From positions 1 to 34,052 of IMG/VR virus record IMGVR_UViG_3300009788_000219: 34,052 nt of DNA; one strand, 5' to 3'. The first letter of the stretch is position 1. Each line of letters begins with the position of its first letter. This DNA is from a virus. Lineage: Duplodnaviria > Caudoviricetes. Shown here piece by piece: positions 1 through 6,976 of this stretch. The position numbers and the translations under genes were made by a program. The notes below the pieces were generated by a model. The model did no database searches, was not told the DNA's origin, and saw nothing but the letters and a program-made list of their open reading frames with translations.

Positions 1-825
1 ACGGTAATATCACCCGATAATCATATATGGTACTGGGACGGCGGCGCATGGGCTGACTCTGGCACCGGTTCTGAGGGTGACATGCTTAAAGCGGTTTATG
101 ATCCATCAAATATAGCTGCAAATGCTTTTTCAATGACCAATATGGTTGAGAACGGAACAAACAAAATACTGACCGCAACTGAGAGAAGTGAAATTGCAGC
201 CAATACCGTTCATAAATCATCAGACGGTAAAGATCATTCCGATGTTGTGGCAAATAATGCAAAAGTTTCTTTTCCCGAAGCTCCAAACGATGGCAAGCAG
301 TACGCCAGGGAAAATGAAGCATGGGTGGAAGTAGAAGCTGGTGGTAGTGTTCTTTTTCTCAGCTTTGGGCCTAATGATGCTTTGTTTCCAGATAGTAATC
401 CAGCAAGTGCAGATTCAAGAAACAATCATCCTATTCTTGTTTTTGATGATTCTACATCAGAAAAAATATTATTTAATTCTAATATTCAAAGTAGTTATGA
501 TGGTGAAAATAGCAATGTAGATATTTATTGGGTTGCTGAAACCGCAATTTCTGGTGGTGTAACTTGGGGTGTAGAATTTGAGAGAAACACTTCTGGCGGT
601 AATGATATTGATTCAGATTCTTTTGCTGCTCAACAAACAGGTAATAGTACTACTAATGGAACGAGTGGAGTTATTAATAAAACTACTATAACTTTGACAC
701 AGGCACAAGCTGATGGACTAATTGCTAATGATTATTTCAGAATGAGACTTGAAAGGGTTACTAGTGATAGTGGTGATACTATGTCAGATGATGCTCAAGT
801 ACTTAGAGTAGTAGTAAGGGTTTAA
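1..825 (+). CDS. Fibre-like virion protein with an internal foldon-like motif (5'-truncated by the window edge)
   Basis: Frame 1 is open from base 1 to the ATG at 82, so the true start is probably outside the window. FPEAPNDGKQYARENEAWVEV resembles the T4 fibritin foldon. A beta-rich C-terminal domain follows. Confidence 0.65.
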   Translation, partial: TVISPDNHIWYWDGGAWADSGTGSEGDMLKAVYDPSNIAANAFSMTNMVENGTNKILTATERSEIAANTVHKSSDGKDHSDVVANNAKVSFPEAPNDGKQYARENEAWVEVEAGGSVLFLSFGPNDALFPDSNPASADSRNNHPILVFDDSTSEKILFNSNIQSSYDGENSNVDIYWVAETAISGGVTWGVEFERNTSGGNDIDSDSFAAQQTGNSTTNGTSGVINKTTITLTQAQADGLIANDYFRMRLERVTSDSGDTMSDDAQVLRVVVRV

Positions 826-826
826 C

Positions 827-1489
827 ATGGCAAGACATTTTGAAGCTTTAAATAATGATTATATAGATGCTGGCAATCCATCAATTTTAAACCTCACAGG
901 TGATGAAGTAACATTGTCAGTTTGGATAAAATTAGAGTCTACAACAATGGAAGGAAAAATAATTGCTAAATGGGCTGATCAAGGTGATAGATTTCAATAC
1001 CTTTTATCGAACAATAGTGGTGATAAATGCTTGTTTGCTATCTTCAATGATGGTACTAAAATCGCGCAAGGAACAACAATTCTGGTTGTGGGGCAGTGGT
1101 ATCACCTGGCCGGAACTTATGACGGATCAAATTTAAGGGTTTATTGTAACGGAATACAAGAAGACTCAACGCCGGCAACAGGAAATATGTCGTCAACAAC
1201 TGCACCCGTTCGAATTGGTGCAGGATCAGGAGGATTGGGAACTGAAAACCCGTTTGACGGAGAAATAGGGCATGTAGCTATATGGGATAAACCACTGACT
1301 GATGGTGAGATAAAATCATTAGCAAATGGCATTAACCCTTTAAATATTCGTTCTGAAAGCTTGCTATTCTATGCTCCACTGAATGGCCAAACCCCAGAAT
1401 ATGATGTAATAGGTGGACTTGATATGACAGTGAACGGAACTATAGTAGCAGAAGAGCCACCGATACCTAACAGTATCAAAGCTCCATAA
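827..1489 (+). CDS. LamG/concanavalin A-like jelly-roll domain protein
   Basis: Motifs VTLSVWIK, GQWYHLAGTYDGSNLRVYCNG and FDGEIGHVAIWDKPLTDGEI are typical of Laminin_G_3. Confidence 0.9.
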   Translation: MARHFEALNNDYIDAGNPSILNLTGDEVTLSVWIKLESTTMEGKIIAKWADQGDRFQYLLSNNSGDKCLFAIFNDGTKIAQGTTILVVGQWYHLAGTYDGSNLRVYCNGIQEDSTPATGNMSSTTAPVRIGAGSGGLGTENPFDGEIGHVAIWDKPLTDGEIKSLANGINPLNIRSESLLFYAPLNGQTPEYDVIGGLDMTVNGTIVAEEPPIPNSIKAP

Positions 1490-1601
1490 AAAAACAGACT
1501 CACCAGATGATATTATAAAGAGAATACATGTTTTACTTACACGGAAGACATAAGAATTTATTAAAATATTAAAATTTTCTCTTTTCGAAAATCTTTTTTT
1601 G

Positions 1602-1610
1602 TGATATACT
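1602..1610 (+). promoter_or_regulatory. Extended -10 promoter (TGnTATACT)
   Basis: TGATATACT in an AT-rich intergenic gap, about 43 nt upstream of the ATG at 1653. Confidence 0.5.
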
Positions 1611-1620
1611 CTTTTTTATC

Positions 1621-1632
1621 AAAGATCGAGCG
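1621..1632. repeat. Left copy of a 12-bp inverted repeat (AAAGATCGAGCG)
   Basis: Exact reverse complement CGCTCGATCTTT lies at 2757-2768. Both copies are intergenic. Confidence 0.7.
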
Positions 1633-1652
1633 AACTTTGATAGGGGTTTTAT

Positions 1653-2009
1653 ATGGATATGACTTTTAAACAGTACATTGGTATTGAGTTACCTAAAAAA
1701 TGTGAAGTTCATCCTTCTTATGGAAAAATAGCTGAATTAGTATTTGATGCTGAAAACATGGGAGAGGCAGCTTTTCAAGGTGATCAATTTGAATCAATTC
1801 GGCAGCGTGGTGAAGTTTTATTTTGCTCATATAAAACAGATTTTCCAGAAGAAAAAGAAAAAGGTCTTGATGTGATTGAATTAAGTATATCTAATCACAG
1901 ACAGACTCTCCATGGAGAAGATCATAATGAAAGGATGGAAATCCTTAAAGAAAAAATTAATGATTCAGAACTTGTGGAAATGGCCTCTAAAAGATGGTGG
2001 TTGGGATAA
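1653..2009 (+). CDS. Hypothetical protein, 118 aa
   Basis: AGGGG RBS and ATG. Its 3' end overlaps the next gene. No family recognised. Confidence 0.7.
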   Translation: MDMTFKQYIGIELPKKCEVHPSYGKIAELVFDAENMGEAAFQGDQFESIRQRGEVLFCSYKTDFPEEKEKGLDVIELSISNHRQTLHGEDHNERMEILKEKINDSELVEMASKRWWLG

Positions 2010-2730
2010 TCCTTATTTTATAAGTTCTGGATTTATAATATTATTTGCATTCCAGAATTTATTAACTGGAATTTCTGATCATAGAAATTTTGAGTATTTT
2101 TTTATATTTGTTATTTTGCTTATTTGCATTAGTGGGTTTTTTTATTTTTTAAGAAACCCATTTTTTTTATGTGGAATTTATTTGTTACTTGGGATAGGAT
2201 TATTGATAGGAGCAGATGATATTGGTGATTTTTCTGGAATTCTTTATTTTATTTTTGCATATCGAATTTATCGTAATAAATCAATAACTTTTATCATTTT
2301 ATTTCTTACCTTCATGGCATTATCTTTACGTTTTATATATCTGCCTTTTGTCTTTTCAAGAGCTTTTAATTTAATAGCTGTAATTATATTTTCTTATTGT
2401 ACTTATTTCATATTATTTGAACTTCCTGAAATCAAAAAGATTAGAGAAAAAAATACAACTGCAGAAATTAATAGAAATCTTAAAATTATAAAATATGAAT
2501 TATCAGATCAAGAATTATTTTTACTGGATTATCTGGCTAAAGGATCTCTTTATAAAGAAATGGCTTGGAAAATAACTAATGAAATGGATCATGAAATTTC
2601 AGAAAATGGAGTTTCCAGAGCAATTTCTCGTTTATGTAAGAAGTTTAAAGTGAAAAATAGTTGTAGTTTGATGGTGAAATGTGTAGAATTGGGATTAGTA
2701 AGTACGGAATCGGAGAATTCCACTATGTGA
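1927..2730 (+). CDS. Multi-pass membrane protein with a C-terminal LuxR-type HTH (one-component regulator)
   Basis: About 5 hydrophobic segments, then LSDQELFLLDYLAKGSLYKEMA...ISENGVSRAISRLCKKFKVKNSCSLMVKCVELGLV, a GerE/LuxR pattern. GGAG lies 9 nt before the ATG at 1927; alternative starts are 1912 and 1960. Confidence 0.8.
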   Translation: MKGWKSLKKKLMIQNLWKWPLKDGGWDNPYFISSGFIILFAFQNLLTGISDHRNFEYFFIFVILLICISGFFYFLRNPFFLCGIYLLLGIGLLIGADDIGDFSGILYFIFAYRIYRNKSITFIILFLTFMALSLRFIYLPFVFSRAFNLIAVIIFSYCTYFILFELPEIKKIREKNTTAEINRNLKIIKYELSDQELFLLDYLAKGSLYKEMAWKITNEMDHEISENGVSRAISRLCKKFKVKNSCSLMVKCVELGLVSTESENSTM

Positions 2731-2756
2731 TATTAAATTATTGTACTGTATAAACA

Positions 2757-2768
2757 CGCTCGATCTTT
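2757..2768. repeat. Right copy of the 12-bp inverted repeat
   Basis: CGCTCGATCTTT, the reverse complement of 1621-1632. Confidence 0.7.
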
Positions 2769-2803
2769 CTCCTGGGTGTGTTGTGTTACAGTGCCCCAGG
2801 AGA
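2768..2803 (+). promoter_or_regulatory. Hairpin occluding the RBS of the first lysis-cassette gene
   Basis: TCTCCTGGG (2768-2776) pairs perfectly with CCCAGGAGA (2795-2803), which contains the AGGAG RBS of the ATG at 2808. Confidence 0.55.
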
Positions 2804-2807
2804 TCTT

Positions 2808-3416
2808 ATGTCAGATTTACAGATTTGGGTTGTAATTGCAGCAGGACTTATCCTTTTAAGTTTTATTTTTTATCTCTTTATAAAACGAGGAGGTAAAATA
2901 ACAACTCCTTATGCTTCTGTTTATATTCCGGATGTTGTCAAAACTGAAGGTCCTTTATCTGAAGAATTAAGTTATTTATATAATAGTACTCTTCCTCAAA
3001 TTAGAGCTGCTTTTGAGCAACGCTTTTTGAAAGAATTAAAAAATAAAGGGATCCCTTCAAATTGGTGGCTTGAAATGGAAGATTATAAATTTTTCCGTGA
3101 AGCTATGGGTAATATTGTGTATTCCGGAAATGGAATCAATTCTATAAAAACTATTTTGGAAAAGGAAGTATGTCAGCATAAAGAAGTTAATGATCGTTAT
3201 ATTCAAAATGTACTTTCCAGATTAAGTGAATGTGCTCGAAAATATTTAAATGTTCAATATGAAGATCATGTTTATGTAGCCCCAGGTGAAATGAGAGAAC
3301 GGATTATAAGTAGCATTGAAGTTTTTACTTTTTGTCAAGAACTATTTGAATCAGTTATTAAAGAACATGTAATTTATTTGTTTGCAGAAAAAGAAAGAAT
3401 ACAAACAGAGAGGTAA
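2808..3416 (+). CDS. Single-pass membrane protein, lysis-cassette associated
   Basis: N-terminal TM helix (IWVVIAAGLILLSFIFYLFI) followed by KRGGK. AGGAGA RBS. Translationally adjacent to the endolysin. Confidence 0.7.
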   Translation: MSDLQIWVVIAAGLILLSFIFYLFIKRGGKITTPYASVYIPDVVKTEGPLSEELSYLYNSTLPQIRAAFEQRFLKELKNKGIPSNWWLEMEDYKFFREAMGNIVYSGNGINSIKTILEKEVCQHKEVNDRYIQNVLSRLSECARKYLNVQYEDHVYVAPGEMRERIISSIEVFTFCQELFESVIKEHVIYLFAEKERIQTER

Positions 3417-3418
3417 AT

Positions 3419-3898
3419 ATGAAACGATACACGTATAGAATTGCCCATCTTGAATCTGTACCAGATATAGATGTTGGAGATATTATAAAACCGGATCAGA
3501 AAATCGGAAGAATGGGTAATACAGGGAAATCAGAATGGCCTCATCTGCATCACGATGTTATTCATGAATATATAACGAGAATAGTTAGACTCAAACAGAT
3601 AGGCTATGAACCACATCATATATACGCACCAAGTATTGAACAATTGAATCATTTTACGGATAAAGGTTTATTCCATTTTCCTTTAGTGATTACTACTCCA
3701 TTTTATGATCCTCAATATAAAATTGATTGGGATAAAGATCATCCAGCATATGATGTAGTGCCGGAAGATAGAAAGAGAACAACTGATCATTTTGATATAT
3801 TCTTTAACAGAACAGAAATAGAAGGTATTTTGTTATTCAAGGGTTATGATTATCAAGGTGGATATGGAAACTACGCATTAATAGGATTTGAGGTGTAA
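3419..3898 (+). CDS. M23-family peptidase endolysin, circularly permuted
   Basis: AHL...VGD...DQKIGRMGNTGKSEWPHLH at the N-terminus. ITTPF...HPAYD...GGYGNYALI at the C-terminus. Confidence 0.85.
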   Translation: MKRYTYRIAHLESVPDIDVGDIIKPDQKIGRMGNTGKSEWPHLHHDVIHEYITRIVRLKQIGYEPHHIYAPSIEQLNHFTDKGLFHFPLVITTPFYDPQYKIDWDKDHPAYDVVPEDRKRTTDHFDIFFNRTEIEGILLFKGYDYQGGYGNYALIGFEV

Positions 3899-3899
3899 T

Positions 3900-4139
3900 A
3901 TGGAATACAAAGACATGAAGTTTATGGATGCTGTAAAGTATCTTCCTACAAGAATAGTAAATGCTATTTCTAAACTTTTGGGAATAAAAGGTATTGTACT
4001 GTATATAACCTATAGTATGATCACTAATGATCATATTCCGGAAAGTGGAATAGTATATGTTTGGATATTTATTGTTCTTATAGTTGTTTTTGGCAGGGAA
4101 GCTTTAACTTTTATAAAGGATCTTAAAAAAGTGGGGTGA
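3900..4139 (+). CDS. Putative holin
   Basis: 79 aa with two hydrophobic segments and a basic C-terminus. Follows the endolysin. GAGGTG RBS. Confidence 0.65.
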   Translation: MEYKDMKFMDAVKYLPTRIVNAISKLLGIKGIVLYITYSMITNDHIPESGIVYVWIFIVLIVVFGREALTFIKDLKKVG

Positions 4140-4540
4140 GTAATGTGGATAAAAAGATTATTATTATTATTATTCTTTCTCTCATTATCATTGGTCTTAT
4201 TTGGTTTGGATTTTCAAGAGGATCTTACTTTGAAACTATTATTGAGCAGATACAGGGACAACGAATCAGCCTTATTAGATCAACAGCGATTATTGAATCT
4301 GAAAATAGTAGAGTTAGAACTGAATCAGCAGAGCTCAGAAAAAACTATATTCAGTCAGAGCAGAACAATATCAAATCAGAAGAAGATAATATCCGACTCC
4401 AAACAGAGAATAAATATTATAGAGGAATCATCGGAGAAATCACAGCAGGAAGTAAAGAAACAGACCAGTACCTTGGGGAATATGGGAGAATCACTGATGA
4501 CTTTGCAGAGTTCCTTCGACAAGCGACAATTACAGATTAA
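4136..4540 (+). CDS. i-spanin-like protein (N-terminal TM plus coiled coil)
   Basis: KKIIIIIILSLIIIGLIWFG followed by a heptad-rich region. Sits after the holin. GTG start at 4136 or 4145. Confidence 0.6.
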   Translation: MSNVDKKIIIIIILSLIIIGLIWFGFSRGSYFETIIEQIQGQRISLIRSTAIIESENSRVRTESAELRKNYIQSEQNNIKSEEDNIRLQTENKYYRGIIGEITAGSKETDQYLGEYGRITDDFAEFLRQATITD

Positions 4541-4625
4541 AATAATGAAATATGTTATATTAGGGTTAGCAGCAGTTGTAACCGCTGAGACAGCTTATAT
4601 TGCAATAGATTATTGGTTTGAATAA
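4143..4625 (+). CDS. Overprinted spanin-partner-like protein (signal peptide, coiled coil, C-terminal TM)
   Basis: Signal-like MWIKRLLLLLFFLSLSLVLFG, an S/Q/L-rich coiled coil, and C-terminal YVILGLAAVVTAETAYIAI. GGGGTGA RBS. No cysteine. Confidence 0.6.
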   Translation: MWIKRLLLLLFFLSLSLVLFGLDFQEDLTLKLLLSRYRDNESALLDQQRLLNLKIVELELNQQSSEKTIFSQSRTISNQKKIISDSKQRINIIEESSEKSQQEVKKQTSTLGNMGESLMTLQSSFDKRQLQIKIMKYVILGLAAVVTAETAYIAIDYWFE

Positions 4626-4642
4626 GCAACAATTGTATGAAT

Positions 4643-4680
4643 TCAACTATAGTTGACAAAATTAAAATTTAGGATATTAT
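4643..4680 (+). promoter_or_regulatory. Sigma70-type promoter with an overlapping 14-bp palindrome
   Basis: TTGACA (4653-4658), a 16-nt spacer and TATTAT (4675-4680). Palindrome TCAACTATAGTTGA at 4643-4656. Confidence 0.6.
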
Positions 4681-4687
4681 ATAGGTA

Positions 4688-4882
4688 ATGGCACTTTTAA
4701 AAGAAGAAGACATCTTACTTATAAAAAAACACACAGCTAATGTTAATTACGGAAAGGTTATTTTGGATTTTCAGGATGGAATTTTAATAAAAATAGAACA
4801 TCAGGATGCTGAATTAACCAGGGCCGGACTCACAAAACGAGGTAAACGTGTGGGAGGAAATAATAATGTTAAAAAATCTTAA
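4688..4882 (+). CDS. Small DUF2292/YezD-like protein
   Basis: VNYGKVILDFQDGILIKIE resembles the YGxVxIxxxDGxxxxIE signature. Confidence 0.55.
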   Translation: MALLKEEDILLIKKHTANVNYGKVILDFQDGILIKIEHQDAELTRAGLTKRGKRVGGNNNVKKS

Positions 4883-6206
4883 ATGGGTGGAACTTCCTAT
4901 TTTTGAAATGTTGAAATCTGCTATTCGTTTGGATAAAGCTGAAAGTAGAATTGATTATTTTGGATATTTAGGTTCTGAGAGTAGTTCTGAGGCAGAATAT
5001 TTTGAAGAAATGAATCGTTATAGAGAAAATAATATCTATGACCCTATGAAAGAAGATTCTAATGGATTTCTTAAAGGAAGAGCAGTTATTACAACTACTG
5101 GAGTATTTCCTTATGTTTTGGAAGATGGGAGTATCCAGTGGGAACTTCGAAGTCCTGAAGAAGTTTTTCATCCTGATTCTTTAAATACATTAAGAATGGC
5201 AGTTGTCACTAATGATCATCCGGATGTTTTAGTAACTCCTGAGAATGTTAAAACTGTAATGGTAGGACATCTTGGAGAAGAGATTATAGTGGATCAGTTT
5301 GGAGGTCGAGTAGCCAGTAATCTTACTATATCTGTAAAAGATGCTATTGATGATGTTCAGGATGGGAAGAGAGCCATTTCTGCCGGATATAGAAGTGATA
5401 TTGTTATGCAATCTGGTGTTTACAATGGTGCTCCTTATAATGCAAAACAAACAAAAATAAGATATAATCATGTGGCTGTAGTTGATAGAGGAAGAGCAGG
5501 GGATGCTGCTGTAATGCGAGTTGATGCTTATCAGGCTCCTCCTGGAACTACTAAGCCGATTGTTATTAAGGATACTGCAGGAGTTAATCCTCCTGTAAAT
5601 ATAAACGAGGGGGAGAATATGCCCGAAAATTTAAAAGTCGTCAAGATTGATAATGTCGAATACCAAGCAGAAGCCCCGGTAATCGCTCATTATTTCAAAA
5701 TTGACGAAGCTCTTAAAAAGAGCAATGTGGAGCTTGAAACTGTGACTAAGAAATTAGATACAGTTACTGCAGATCTTAGTGCCCGTGAGGGAGAAAGAGA
5801 CGCAGTACAGGCAAAACTCGACACTGCAGAAGAAAAACTGAAGAATGCTATTCAGTTAGATCAGCTTGATGGTCTTTTCGAAGCCAGAAGTAAGTTGGAT
5901 GCTGCAGTAATAAAAGCCGGTATTGAAGATGCCGACAAGATGGATGTGATGGCTAAGAAAAAAGCCATTATCGCAAAAGCTTTTCCCAAAGTAGTTTTGG
6001 ATGAAAAGGATGATGCATATGTTGAAGCTATGTTTGATGCAGCAGTGACAAACTTAGATGAAGCAGATGATACCCTGGACGACAATCTTACTGCTGGAGC
6101 TGATCACAAGGATGGTGAGCTCAAACTGGTTGAGGGCGAGATTAAAACCGATGCGGAAAATTGGTTACAGCTCGTTAATATCAGTAAGAAAAAGAGGGGG
6201 GCCTAA
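4866..6206 (+). CDS. Prohead protease/scaffold, DUF2213-like
   Basis: NGFLKG...TGVFPY...ELRSPEEVF...TNDHP...ISAGY...YNHVAVVDRGRAG, then a C-terminal coiled-coil scaffold. GGAGGA RBS before the ATG at 4866. Confidence 0.9.
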   Translation: MLKNLKWVELPIFEMLKSAIRLDKAESRIDYFGYLGSESSSEAEYFEEMNRYRENNIYDPMKEDSNGFLKGRAVITTTGVFPYVLEDGSIQWELRSPEEVFHPDSLNTLRMAVVTNDHPDVLVTPENVKTVMVGHLGEEIIVDQFGGRVASNLTISVKDAIDDVQDGKRAISAGYRSDIVMQSGVYNGAPYNAKQTKIRYNHVAVVDRGRAGDAAVMRVDAYQAPPGTTKPIVIKDTAGVNPPVNINEGENMPENLKVVKIDNVEYQAEAPVIAHYFKIDEALKKSNVELETVTKKLDTVTADLSAREGERDAVQAKLDTAEEKLKNAIQLDQLDGLFEARSKLDAAVIKAGIEDADKMDVMAKKKAIIAKAFPKVVLDEKDDAYVEAMFDAAVTNLDEADDTLDDNLTAGADHKDGELKLVEGEIKTDAENWLQLVNISKKKRGA

Positions 6207-6967
6207 TGTCTATGTATGGAAATATTAGCCAGCTCTCTGCTGGTAATTTGTTTGGGGCTCAGATAGGAGCTGTTACAGAATCATTTGTAGCCCGTGAACT
6301 GATTAAGTTCGGCATGTGTGCTTTTGGGTATAAGGGTGATCCTGATAGTGCTATGAATATTCATATCGATAAAGTTGTAATGACTTACGATATTGATTTC
6401 ACTGCTGGTAATGCTGTTACTATTAACTTCACTGTTAATGGTTTGGTTATGGCTGAACAAGCTTTTCTTACTGATCATGATACTACAATGCAGCTTATGC
6501 TTGTAGCTCTTCAGGCTCTTAACTCTGAATGGCAGGTTTCGGTAACTGGTAGGGTATTTACCATTATCACTCCTGGAGAAACAACTTCTGCTTCTACTGT
6601 AGTAACAGGTTCAACACCTCCTGTAGGTACTCCTGTTCTTTCTCAGTCAGCTGAAATGGTTGTTCTTGGTCCTGTAGTTAAAGCACAGAAAGCTCCTACA
6701 GCAACTCTTCTTAGTGACGAAGGTTATGAAGATGGAGAGGCTCTTGAGGCTTTGGTGGACGGTTATGCAGTTGTCATCGTAGATGATATTGCTAATGTGA
6801 CAGTAAATGAACCGGTTTATGTTATTAAATCCGGTGCAGATGCTGGTAAGTTCACCGGAACAGTTGGAAGTAACTTGGCATTGAATGCCGCCTTTGCTTT
6901 TGTAGCAGATGGTGTGCAGAATTTGGCAGTTATTCGAATCGATAATATGAAGAAAGCAGTGAGCTAA
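6206..6967 (+). CDS. Head decoration/cement protein with an inserted domain
   Basis: Lies between the protease and the capsid gene. I.FG..., GY.VV and PVYV...GKFT motifs typical of such proteins. Confidence 0.7.
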   Translation: MSMYGNISQLSAGNLFGAQIGAVTESFVARELIKFGMCAFGYKGDPDSAMNIHIDKVVMTYDIDFTAGNAVTINFTVNGLVMAEQAFLTDHDTTMQLMLVALQALNSEWQVSVTGRVFTIITPGETTSASTVVTGSTPPVGTPVLSQSAEMVVLGPVVKAQKAPTATLLSDEGYEDGEALEALVDGYAVVIVDDIANVTVNEPVYVIKSGADAGKFTGTVGSNLALNAAFAFVADGVQNLAVIRIDNMKKAVS

Positions 6968-6976
6968 GGAGATAAT

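Noticed and set aside
1490-1553. Short startless open frame (KTDSPDDIIKRIHVLLTRKT) after the LamG gene
   Set aside because: It could be a gene remnant but is too short to support.
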